Assembly: GCA_049604715.1 (NCBI GenBank)
Contig: JBMYTV010000006.1
Coordinates: 1-63,284, forward strand
DNA from: Patescibacteria group bacterium
GTDB lineage: Bacteria > Patescibacteriota > Patescibacteriia > S139-126 > S139-133
DNA length: 63,284 nucleotides
Direction of reading: 5' to 3'
Shown piece by piece: positions 25,465 to 34,153 of the stretch; within the stretch, counting starts at the first letter, position 1; every line of letters starts with the position of its first letter. The position numbers and the translations under genes are program-made. The notes beneath the pieces are model-generated. The model was not told the DNA's origin. It searched no databases and worked only from the letters and a program-made list of their open reading frames with translations.

Positions 25465-28400
25465 TTACGGTGTAGCAAGTGCGCCACCGTAGAGGTCACC
25501 GCGGAAGATAATGTCACCGTGGTTGTATGAACCAGAGTTGTTAATACCCCAGTCAATGTCACCAGCAGTATCATCTAGCCAGAACTGAATGTTTTCACCG
25601 CTTGTAGCCAATTCTGAAGTATCTGCGTATACGAAGATTACTTCTGAAGTGCCTTGACCAACCTCAAGTGATTTGGTTGAGAAGTCAGCAGTAAATTCAC
25701 TGTTTTCATGAAGACCAGTTGTGGTTGACCACAATGTGTTACCCTGGTCATCTTTCAAGGTAATTACATCGTCAGCTGCACCAGCTGCTGCACCGTTTGA
25801 TGAGACCTGGAAGGTGAGGGTATTACCGTCACCATTTTCAAAGGTTACATCATCATTACCAGTTGCAGTAATCTGGACCTTAGCAATCAAGCTATTTGTA
25901 GCTGGGATGAGTGTTCCTGATGGTGTATCAGATGTGAAGGCTACAGTTGGGTAAGCCTTAAAGATCTGGTGAGTGTTTGGCAAGAGGTCATTAGCCTCAT
26001 TTACTGCACCACCACTTGTACCAGTCGTATCAGCTGTACCTGCGCTGTCAACAGCCTTGAATGTACCTGAGACATCGAAACCAACACGGAGGTTGTCATC
26101 GTTATCTGCACCACCTGAACCAGATGTTGATGCTACATCAACCTTTACGGTCATGACTGCATCGTCATCCTTCTCGATGTACATAGGAGCATCCTGGATG
26201 TAGAATGTTACGATTCCTGATGCACCGAAGTTACCAATAGCAGTAGCTGTACCGCTTTCGGTTGGGTATTCAACACTGACCTGTGATACAGAGTCAATAG
26301 CTGAAGTTGAAGCAATCAAGGTGAACTCGTGTAGCCAGAAGTCTGATGAAGTTGCATCAAACTTGAACTTAGCAACTGTTTGACCAGTTGATGGAGCTAC
26401 CAAGAGACTTGCTTCTGGTGATGAAGCATCTACAGAGATATTCAAGTCACCGCTACCGATAGTTACATCCTGCAAGAGAACGTTTGAAGCAGTAACTGAG
26501 TTACCAGTTACACTACCGGTTCCTGAACCTTCAGCACCAAGTTCAATAGTACCTGAAGCTGTGGTCTTGAGGTCTGCGTACAATTCAACAACCTTAGCTT
26601 GTCCCTTTGCAACGTTGAAGTTGACTGAGAACAAGTTACTGGTTGATGGTGATGTCTTGGTAGTACCAATTTGTTGACCATCCATCATAAGTTTCAAATT
26701 CTGGAGGTAACCTGCCTCAGTTGATGAAGCAGTAATAGTAATACCATCAACATCTACAGCCTCTGAAGAGCCTGACAAGATTTGAATAGCAGCAATCTTT
26801 ACGTCGTTAGCACCAGCCAATAGAGTCTGGTTACCAACAGCTGTGTACTCTGAGAATGTCAAGCTAGCATTTGATACAGTCAAGCTATTTGCTGCTGTGT
26901 CTGATGCTGGAGCATTAACAGTTGAGAGTGATTGCATACCTTGTGCATTTGATGAACCAGTTGCCAAGTAAACTTGAACTGTTTCAGCGTTTTGAAGGTT
27001 GGTTGAGGTTGAAGTCTTTGCATCAGCATAAAGATCAACAATATGAGTTTGACCTGCCTTTGCAATAAAGCTTGAACCTAGAGTAACTGTTGCTGTTGAT
27101 GAGTATTCAGTACAGTCAGTTGTTGAACCAACTTGTACACCATCAACAAGGATGCGACAGTTATCAAGACCACCATTGGTCTCAGAAGTTGCAGCTGCGA
27201 TCAAGAGGTTCTTAACCTTCATGTCTTCACCAGTTGCTTCGAACTCATACCGACCCATGTGAAGGTTGGTAGCACCAGCTGAAATTTGGCTGGTTGGTGA
27301 ATCAGCTGCTTTTTGAATAGACAATGATCCTGTACCAATGAGGTAATCACCACTTGGTTGGACTACTGACCATTCGTTATCCATTGAACTTAAGTCTGCT
27401 GGAACAAGAACACCGAAGCTTTGATCTTCGATGATCAAGTCGTCGCGGTACTGGAAGGTGAATTTGAAGTCACGGTTTGAACCACCGATAAGATCACCAC
27501 GAAGTGAGAACACACGTGATTCGCCCTTATCAATTGCAAATGGATTGTTTGAGAGATCAAAGTATACTTCGAAATCGTTATTCATCATTGCAACGGTACC
27601 GAGCTCTGTACCACCTTGTACAAGACGGAAGTTTTGGACGTCATCAGTATCTACGCTACCAACTTTGGTAAAGCGAAGACCTTTGATGTGAAGATCCTGG
27701 TCGTTAGCAGTCAAAGTGAACTTCCATAATTCGAAGTCCTCTTCACCACTATCAATGCTTGTATCATTGCTTGATGGAGTTGTGTAACTACCGCCAATGA
27801 TAGCAAAACCAAGATCAGATGCTTGTGCAGTAGACATGGTTGCGCCCAATGCTGGGAAGCTACCTGATACTGCTCCGCTTGAAGCGGTTACGTCAGATGC
27901 AGACTCAAGCTGGAATGCCATTGTCTGTCCTGAACTTGCATCTTCATTAAGGTCAATACGAAGGGTAATTGCCTTTGATTGACCTGCAGGAACTGTGAAC
28001 AAGCCATTTGGATTGTTAAAGGTAACGTAGTTGTTAGCCAATGAACCACCAAATGCTACACGTTCCATACCTTCGTAAAGGTATGTGTCCTGAATATCAG
28101 TGTCTGATGAGATACCAGTTCGCTTGAAGCGGAGGCTGGTAACAGTTACAGCACCATCAGCTGGAGCTGAGAATCGAACAGTGATAAATGGCACCAACGC
28201 TTGCGCGTGGGTAGCACCTGAATCAACAACAACTGTTGCTGCTGCTGGACTTGAAGAATCAAGTGAAACAGTCAAGTTGCTGCCGGTTGGTGGAGGAGTT
28301 ACCGCACCACCTGGAACTCCCATAGGAGTTGAGATACCGTGCTCAAAACCAGTTACCAATGCACCTGGGGTGTAAACCTCAGTGTCAGGAATGGTCAAAA

Positions 28401-28989
28401 CGGTATCAAAGCTGAGTCGGTTAGCAAAAAATGCTGACTCAGATTGGAATGCACGATAAGTGTTGTTGTCACCGATCAAAAATACTGCTGGATCATTAGC
28501 ATATTTGATGAGCTGACCTTTAACGTGCCAGTCTGCATTATCAATCATTGCACCCATTGGGTATTGATCAACAAATGCTTGTGATGTTTCAAAAACATCA
28601 CCGAAGTCGAGACCAAGTGCATAAAACACAGTCTCTGAAATAATTGGGTACAAAGTACCATCTGCTACATAGTAAGTGTCAGCCTTGTCAAATGACTTGA
28701 GCAATGAACCACTGCGAGCTTCTGCAGCTGCGCCCATGGTGTATGCAGACAAGTCAGGAACAGTTGTGACGTTATCAAAGCTGTAATTCCATGAATCGAA
28801 AATAGCAGCATTTGGGAAGAGGTGTAATGTAACACCATCTTGGTTTACTACGTATACAGTTGAACTTGAGGAAGATTTGATCAATTCGCCTGCTGCTGCA
28901 TTTGCAAAGTTGGCAGTAAAACCACCAAATGACATTGTAACAGACATAACGAAGGTCAATGTTCCTACAAAGAACTGTCGTAAATTCAT
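25465..28989 (-). CDS. large secreted cell-surface protein with repetitive beta-rich (Ig-like) modules
   Basis: Signal peptide. Three ~55-aa N-terminal repeats (VYVVNQDGVTLHLFPN.. / YYVADGTLYPIISE.. / VFLIGDNNTYRAFQSE..). A long T/S/A/G-rich modular region follows. No enzymatic motifs. Confidence 0.65.
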   Translation of the reverse strand: MNLRQFFVGTLTFVMSVTMSFGGFTANFANAAAGELIKSSSSSTVYVVNQDGVTLHLFPNAAIFDSWNYSFDNVTTVPDLSAYTMGAAAEARSGSLLKSFDKADTYYVADGTLYPIISETVFYALGLDFGDVFETSQAFVDQYPMGAMIDNADWHVKGQLIKYANDPAVFLIGDNNTYRAFQSESAFFANRLSFDTVLTIPDTEVYTPGALVTGFEHGISTPMGVPGGAVTPPPTGSNLTVSLDSSSPAAATVVVDSGATHAQALVPFITVRFSAPADGAVTVTSLRFKRTGISSDTDIQDTYLYEGMERVAFGGSLANNYVTFNNPNGLFTVPAGQSKAITLRIDLNEDASSGQTMAFQLESASDVTASSGAVSGSFPALGATMSTAQASDLGFAIIGGSYTTPSSNDTSIDSGEEDFELWKFTLTANDQDLHIKGLRFTKVGSVDTDDVQNFRLVQGGTELGTVAMMNNDFEVYFDLSNNPFAIDKGESRVFSLRGDLIGGSNRDFKFTFQYRDDLIIEDQSFGVLVPADLSSMDNEWSVVQPSGDYLIGTGSLSIQKAADSPTSQISAGATNLHMGRYEFEATGEDMKVKNLLIAAATSETNGGLDNCRILVDGVQVGSTTDCTEYSSTATVTLGSSFIAKAGQTHIVDLYADAKTSTSTNLQNAETVQVYLATGSSNAQGMQSLSTVNAPASDTAANSLTVSNASLTFSEYTAVGNQTLLAGANDVKIAAIQILSGSSEAVDVDGITITASSTEAGYLQNLKLMMDGQQIGTTKTSPSTSNLFSVNFNVAKGQAKVVELYADLKTTASGTIELGAEGSGTGSVTGNSVTASNVLLQDVTIGSGDLNISVDASSPEASLLVAPSTGQTVAKFKFDATSSDFWLHEFTLIASTSAIDSVSQVSVEYPTESGTATAIGNFGASGIVTFYIQDAPMYIEKDDDAVMTVKVDVASTSGSGGADNDDNLRVGFDVSGTFKAVDSAGTADTTGTSGGAVNEANDLLPNTHQIFKAYPTVAFTSDTPSGTLIPATNSLIAKVQITATGNDDVTFENGDGNTLTFQVSSNGAAAGAADDVITLKDDQGNTLWSTTTGLHENSEFTADFSTKSLEVGQGTSEVIFVYADTSELATSGENIQFWLDDTAGDIDWGINNSGSYNHGDIIFRGDLYGGALATP

Positions 28990-29402
28990 AACTAAACCTT
29001 TCTGTTAAGTAAGATGCTACACATATTTTAGGGAATGTGTAGTCGATGGATATACAAATCGTACAATCATTGTCGCAGGTTCGACCTTTACATTAACACT
29101 TAAGATCAAGGGGATACCCCTTTATAAGAGAAGTCCCTAGCGACGATTGCCGTACTTATACAGCGCCATCTAGAATGCCTTATTTTTAGGTAAGGCTTGC
29201 TAGCAAACCCCCTGCGCTCTCTACAAAACCTAGAGAACAAATGCTTCTGGCATTTCTTCGCAGGCAGAGAAAGACTATTGATCTTCCTGTGCCTACGAAG
29301 CAGCGAGTGCTAACTATTTTTCAATAAACTGATAACTCCGTGAAATGGAGTGCTGTACACACGTACACATGACATGCTACACAGCACTTCATTACATAAC
29401 TA

Positions 29403-30521
29403 TTATAAATTCTCAGGCGGGGTTGATGTTGATGCGTCTTCAGCCTCAGCTACCTCTTCTTCCTTCTCAGTCTCAATAATTTCGTCCACCTCTTCCTCTT
29501 CTACTGATTCGTCTACGATTTCTTCTTCTCCCTCTACAACCTCAGCAGTCATCACGTCATCTACCGTCTTGGTAATATCCTTAATATCCGCAATAGCAGC
29601 CAATACACCCATATAATCTTTCTCCCCAAACAATACTTCAATCTCAGCTACAGTCTCATCGTACTGACTTTGTAAATTTTCAAGTGCTTCTGACTGACCT
29701 TCTTCAACCTCAGTTGCTGCAGCTACCCAACCAGCGATGTTACGTTCTGCAAATTGTTCTTGAGCCATACGTACACGATCATCAAGCTTCTGTGCAATAT
29801 CATCTTCTGAAACAGTTGTGTCAAAAATACCGCCGCCGACAATTACCTCAAATGCTTCCTCATTGGTACTCTCTACAACTGCAGCTACTTCACGGATTTC
29901 CTCTTCCATACTTACTTGTACTTCTGTAGGTAGCACGCGTGCTACTTTCTCAATTTCTTGAACAAGCTTTGTAGTATCTTGCTCTACTTTTGTTGCTACC
30001 TCTATGATAGCTTCTTTGTCACCAGATTCTTTCACTGCTGCAAAACTTGCTTTTGCTGCTTCAATATCACGCTTGAGGTCACGAACTGTTCGATTAACAC
30101 TTTGCTCATTACCTTCACTAAGTTCAAATCGAATAGCCAATGACTTAAGCTCGTCCACTCGTTTACCAGCAAGCTCAGTTTGTTTTTCAACGCGCGCTGA
30201 GTCATTAACAGTCAAAACAACACTCGCCTTTTCCAAAACCTGCTTTACTGGATAAAGCACATCACCGTGTGTGGTCTCTTCTGCTGAAGCAACCATACTA
30301 AATGAACCAACAATAGCAACAACCACAACAGCGAACATATTAGCAACTGGCCGGAATACTGACGGATGACTCATAGTACAAGAAATCTTTTCCCAGATAC
30401 TCAACTCTCGCGCCTCAACTTTAGGAAGTTGGGCACGCAAAACTTCCCATTGCTTTTGTTGCCACTCAAGCGATGGGCTCACGTCCTTTAATTTCTTCAA
30501 TTGTCTGATTTCTTTACTCAT
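29403..30521 (-). CDS. anti-sigma-factor-like single-pass membrane protein with an acidic C-terminal tail
   Basis: Overlaps the sigma gene by 8 nt. TM helix (FAVVVVAIVGSFSMVASA), a coiled extracytoplasmic domain and a poly-E tail. The function is inferred from operon position. Confidence 0.45.
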   Translation of the reverse strand: MSKEIRQLKKLKDVSPSLEWQQKQWEVLRAQLPKVEARELSIWEKISCTMSHPSVFRPVANMFAVVVVAIVGSFSMVASAEETTHGDVLYPVKQVLEKASVVLTVNDSARVEKQTELAGKRVDELKSLAIRFELSEGNEQSVNRTVRDLKRDIEAAKASFAAVKESGDKEAIIEVATKVEQDTTKLVQEIEKVARVLPTEVQVSMEEEIREVAAVVESTNEEAFEVIVGGGIFDTTVSEDDIAQKLDDRVRMAQEQFAERNIAGWVAAATEVEEGQSEALENLQSQYDETVAEIEVLFGEKDYMGVLAAIADIKDITKTVDDVMTAEVVEGEEEIVDESVEEEEVDEIIETEKEEEVAEAEDASTSTPPENL

Positions 30522-31056
30522 TACTATGTAATGATTTTAGTTGTTTGATAGCTCGATGAATTTGAACCTTTACTGCACCTGTTGTCTTGTCCAAAACCTC
30601 TGCTATTTCATCGTGTGATAAATCTTCTATATATCTCAGTTGCAAAATTTCTTTATAACTATCCTGCAAATCATCCATCACCTTGAGCATTGCTCTGATA
30701 TCATCTTCAAGACTTACTGCTTCAAAAATATCCTCATCTGTAGTGATGTCAGTTGCTGTGTCTATATCAAGATGCTCTTTGCGTGTTCGGTAATGATCAA
30801 TAATTGCATTACGTGTCATCTTATAAAGAAGCGCTTGGAAGTTCTTGATACGTGTATCTGACTGAATCATCTCCCATATCTTTAGGAATAGATCATTTAC
30901 CATATCATCAATAATTGCCTGATCTTTTATCCTAAAATAGATAAAGCGATATATCTTTGCTGAATAGCGTTTAAAAAGTACTTCAAAAGCCCCGGTATCG
31001 CCAGCTGCTACTCGATCTACTAAAATTGCGTCTGTTAATTTATGGAGGGCTTTCAT
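30514..31056 (-). CDS. ECF-type RNA polymerase sigma-70 family factor
   Basis: Region 2 (YSAKIYRFIYFRI...DDMVNDLFLKIW) and region 4 HTH (LRYIEDLSHDEIAEVLDKTTGAVKVQIHRA). Confidence 0.85.
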   Translation of the reverse strand: MKALHKLTDAILVDRVAAGDTGAFEVLFKRYSAKIYRFIYFRIKDQAIIDDMVNDLFLKIWEMIQSDTRIKNFQALLYKMTRNAIIDHYRTRKEHLDIDTATDITTDEDIFEAVSLEDDIRAMLKVMDDLQDSYKEILQLRYIEDLSHDEIAEVLDKTTGAVKVQIHRAIKQLKSLHSNE

Positions 31057-31243
31057 ATAATAAGACGAAAATATGGTGTATAAGTTACACCAAAATTATG
31101 CTTGAAATACTATAAAATATCCAGTGAAGAATAACAAAAAATCACAGATTTGTAAAGGCCTTTTTGGCTAAAATACAGTATAATCCTTTATTTTCCTCTA
31201 CTTAAGAGGACGAATTCTTAGCCAAAAAGTAACACTTATCTAC

Positions 31244-31272
31244 TTGACAATAGAACGAATATTTATTATGAT
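31244..31272 (+). promoter_or_regulatory. sigma-70-type promoter for the HTH gene
   Basis: TTGACA (31244-31249), 17-nt spacer, TATGAT (31267-31272); about 30 nt upstream of the ATG at 31304. Confidence 0.5.
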
Positions 31273-31303
31273 ATATAATAAGTTCTAGAATAACCTATAC
31301 TTT

Positions 31304-31576
31304 ATGACTAAAATAGTAAGAGTTTCTGTTTCTGAGGCTGCTCGATTATTCGGAGTATCAGGCAAAACAATACGAAAAGCTATCCACAATCAAGAAATCA
31401 CCTATATTGTAGTTCGTGGTCGTTACAAGATAAATTTTGAATCTTTAGTAAAATGGTCACAAAAATCAACCAGACGTAAAAATCAACTTACTAACGATGG
31501 TATTGGGCAATTTGTAACAAACTGGTCAATTTCAAATACTAAATACTCCCCGTCTGAAGATCATATAGATAAATAA
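31304..31576 (+). CDS. small helix-turn-helix (excisionase/MerR-like) DNA-binding protein
   Basis: VSVSEAARLFGVSGKTIRKAIHNQEI... is an HTH typical of excisionase-family proteins. Confidence 0.55.
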   Translation: MTKIVRVSVSEAARLFGVSGKTIRKAIHNQEITYIVVRGRYKINFESLVKWSQKSTRRKNQLTNDGIGQFVTNWSISNTKYSPSEDHIDK

Positions 31577-31607
31577 AAAACAGCGTACCTTGTATGCTGT
31601 TTTTTTG
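31575..31607. terminator. bidirectional hairpin terminator
   Basis: aaaaaacagc...gctgttttttt, with an A-run and a T-run on either side. It lies between convergent genes. Confidence 0.55.
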
Positions 31608-31649
31608 TTTTCCTTTTGGAATCTACTATTTTTGAATTAACCTTTTTCG

Positions 31650-32105
31650 TTACGCTTTCGCCCATTTCACCATTGCTGTTGTAAGCAATCTCGGCACCCA
31701 TTCGAAAAATGAAAAATAAAGCATAAACGCTGCCATGCCGGCTACAATAACACTTACCAATAGTGAAAGACGCCACGGCTGCCCCGCTGTTTCCACAAAT
31801 ACCTGTACGGACTTTGCATAAAGCGGAATCGCTAGTAACAACCACCTGTTAAAGTGAATATCTTCCGAATCCATGCCACTAGGCATAACAAGTAGGTACA
31901 GCGACTGCAACATTGCTGCGCCGGCAAAAATTAAGGATAACTGAAAAGATGTCTCCGGAGCAAACGTAGAATCCGGCAATCCATCAACCATATCACTAAT
32001 GAGTTGAAACAAAAAGTAATTCCAGACCAGGTATGTAAACACACCTGTCAACAAAATGATAATGCCTTTTTTCCAGTTAAGCTCACTCCAATTCAGTTTA
32101 AGCAT
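31650..32105 (-). CDS. integral membrane protein, unknown function
   Basis: 151 aa with 4 predicted TM helices. Preferred over the overlapping ORF 31561..31845. Confidence 0.5.
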   Translation of the reverse strand: MLKLNWSELNWKKGIIILLTGVFTYLVWNYFLFQLISDMVDGLPDSTFAPETSFQLSLIFAGAAMLQSLYLLVMPSGMDSEDIHFNRWLLLAIPLYAKSVQVFVETAGQPWRLSLLVSVIVAGMAAFMLYFSFFEWVPRLLTTAMVKWAKA

Positions 32106-32114
32106 TTTTGTCCC

Positions 32115-33059
32115 CTATTCTTTTACGATTGAACTAAGCATGAATGCTACCAAATGTACAGTCCAGGAGAATAACAATGCGTGAATCATTAAACCGAGAA
32201 TAAACCCGGTCGGCAAAGAAATGATGAACAAGCGCTCAAATGATAGACCAGTTCCTCCGCCAGTCACAAACATCATAACGATGGTGAGCGTGGTGGTTAT
32301 AACCCATGGCCTGACAGATTTTTTGTTGATCTGATCGACTGTATTTGCAGGCGCCAGCCAATGATGCATTAACTGAGTAAACCCAGTGAATGCAATCAGC
32401 AATGCCACTCCTGGACTTCCGATCCAGCTAGACGACACATCCTTCACCCCAACAAGCTCGGCAACAAACGGTAGTGCCAAAAAATACAAAAAGATAAAGT
32501 AGATACCAAATCCCAGAGTCCCGGCAATGAGATGCCTGGTAGTCATTCTGCTGATGACATTTTTTACTTTTCGGGTTGCATCCCCACTGGTGATCTTTTC
32601 GAACATAGAATCCATCAAGGGGGTAATCCAGGAAAATAATAGATTATGAATTCCAAGGCCGACAATGATCCCGCCAAGCACTGAGCTAAAAATAAGTTCC
32701 AGGATGTGGATCTGATCAAACAAGCTCAAATTCACGACAGCAATCATAATTATTGACAGTACACAAGTAGTAATATTTGTGTTGATTGCCTTTCGATTTT
32801 CATCTTGCCGCGATCTATCAGGCAAAATCCACTCCTGAATCAACCTAATGAGACCCATAAATGAAAGAAACGATGCAACCTCAAAGCGACCAACCCATCC
32901 TTGTGAGACAACATCCTCATTAGTAGCTAATGCCATTATTGGCAAAATTAAATAATACAAAAGGATAAAATAAGCCACATACCCCAATACTCCTGCGAGC
33001 AAGTGTCTTGGCTTAACTTTGCTTCTGGTACGGTTTAGTGATGAATTAGAATTACTCAT
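32115..33059 (-). CDS. integral membrane protein built from an internal tandem duplication
   Basis: The two halves align: (RHLLAGVLGYVAYFILLYYLILP... / RHLIAGTLGFGIYFIFLYFLALP...) and (GLGIHNLLFSWITPL / GLMIHALLFSWTVHL). Confidence 0.55.
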   Translation of the reverse strand: MSNSNSSLNRTRSKVKPRHLLAGVLGYVAYFILLYYLILPIMALATNEDVVSQGWVGRFEVASFLSFMGLIRLIQEWILPDRSRQDENRKAINTNITTCVLSIIMIAVVNLSLFDQIHILELIFSSVLGGIIVGLGIHNLLFSWITPLMDSMFEKITSGDATRKVKNVISRMTTRHLIAGTLGFGIYFIFLYFLALPFVAELVGVKDVSSSWIGSPGVALLIAFTGFTQLMHHWLAPANTVDQINKKSVRPWVITTTLTIVMMFVTGGGTGLSFERLFIISLPTGFILGLMIHALLFSWTVHLVAFMLSSIVKE

Positions 33060-33213
33060 AACAAACCTCCGGTCAAAACAAACCTGTTAATGAAGCGTTT
33101 AAAGTAGATAATACATGATTTAAAAGAACCAAATAGCACGCTAAAAAGTAACACAATACCCTGCATTTGTCAATATATCACCTCAACTTAGCAAAAAACC
33201 ACATGTACCTTTA

Positions 33214-33241
33214 TTGACACTACTTTTGAATGCGCTATCAT
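33214..33241 (+). promoter_or_regulatory. sigma-70-type promoter of a short leader/small-ORF unit
   Basis: TTGACA (33214-33219), 16-nt spacer, TATCAT (33236-33241). The predicted TSS falls at about the ATG at 33248. Confidence 0.45.
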
Positions 33242-33247
33242 AAAAGC

Positions 33248-33340
33248 ATGGATAAAATATCTCGACCTAACATATCTACAGCACTTATCTGCTCATGCAG
33301 CAATGCTTGTACTATGCCTGATCGGGATATAACTTTGTAA
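33248..33340 (+). CDS. candidate 30-aa Cys/Ser-rich leader peptide or micropeptide (possibly leaderless)
   Basis: MDKISRPNISTALICSCSNACTMPDRDITL. There is no SD, but the ORF sits exactly between a good promoter and an intrinsic terminator. Confidence 0.3.
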   Translation: MDKISRPNISTALICSCSNACTMPDRDITL

Positions 33341-33365
33341 TACATACACGCGTTATACAAGAGAC

Positions 33366-33395
33366 TCCCGGTCAGGCACCGGGATTTTTATTTTT
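33366..33395 (+). terminator. rho-independent terminator/attenuator 24 nt upstream of the PIG-L deacetylase gene
   Basis: Stem tcccggt/accggga (33366-33384) followed by tttttattttt. Confidence 0.7.
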
Positions 33396-33418
33396 CTTAA
33401 AACACTAAATTACGCTGT

Positions 33419-34147
33419 ATGAACAACAAACAAGATCGCGTCCATCTACTAGCCTTTGGAGCGCATGCAGATGACGTAGAAGTTGGAGCAGGAGGAACAC
33501 TCATCCGTTATACAAAACAAAACAAAAAAACAGGTATTATAGACCTAACACAAAGCGAACGCTCAAGTAATGGCACCAAAGAATCACGAACAAAAGAAGC
33601 AAGCAATGCTGCAAATATTATGGGCACATCATTTCGAAAAGCACTTAATTTTCCAGATGGGAATGTAACAACCACAGAAGAATCTATAATGACTGTTGCT
33701 AACCTTATACGTATTCATCAACCAGAAGTAGTACTTGCCCCATACTGGGTCGATCGACATCCAGATCATGTTGCAACTAGTCATATTGTAAAAAACGCTG
33801 CACTCAAAGCAGGTATGAAAGCATTTGAGACTGACAGCCCACCGCATAAACCTCGCATAGTACTATACTATATGCTCCATGGAGAATTTACCCCTGATAT
33901 TACTATCAATATATCTGATTATTTTGAGGAAAAACTTCAAGCTATTGGTGCATACTCAAGCCAATTCGAGTACAAAGAAAATACTCAAAAAACAGCTATA
34001 AACTGTGGCCGATTTGCAAAATACATTTATGCGCGCTCGCAGGTACTTGGGTATCATATAGGCGCTGACTTTGGTGAAGGCTTTGTACTATCTGAACAGC
34101 GTATTGGCGCGGAGAACTTTGAACATATTCAAACAAAGCCTATATAA
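33419..34147 (+). CDS. PIG-L/LmbE-family N-acetylglucosaminide deacetylase (BshB1-like)
   Basis: LAFGAHADDVEVGAGGTLIRYTKQNKKTGIIDLTQSERSSNGTKESRTKEA...HPDH closely follows the pattern I recall for bacillithiol deacetylase BshB1 and MshB/LmbE proteins. Confidence 0.8.
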   Translation: MNNKQDRVHLLAFGAHADDVEVGAGGTLIRYTKQNKKTGIIDLTQSERSSNGTKESRTKEASNAANIMGTSFRKALNFPDGNVTTTEESIMTVANLIRIHQPEVVLAPYWVDRHPDHVATSHIVKNAALKAGMKAFETDSPPHKPRIVLYYMLHGEFTPDITINISDYFEEKLQAIGAYSSQFEYKENTQKTAINCGRFAKYIYARSQVLGYHIGADFGEGFVLSEQRIGAENFEHIQTKPI

Positions 34148-34153
34148 ACTGTT

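Noticed and set aside
29000-29400. tRNA or tmRNA-like gene suggested by 'gcaggttcgacc' and a possible tag-like frame (…AYEAASANYFSIN*)
   Set aside because: The TTCGA-like loop is not flanked by a complementary T-stem. There is no acceptor stem or CCA-proximal pairing, and no 5' GGGG...GAC start. It is treated as an untranslated leader.
31561-31845. 94-aa ORF overlapping the 3' part of the membrane protein gene 31650..32105
   Set aside because: It is in a different frame of the same strand, with a poor, Cys/Arg-rich translation. The 151-aa frame gives regular TM helices.
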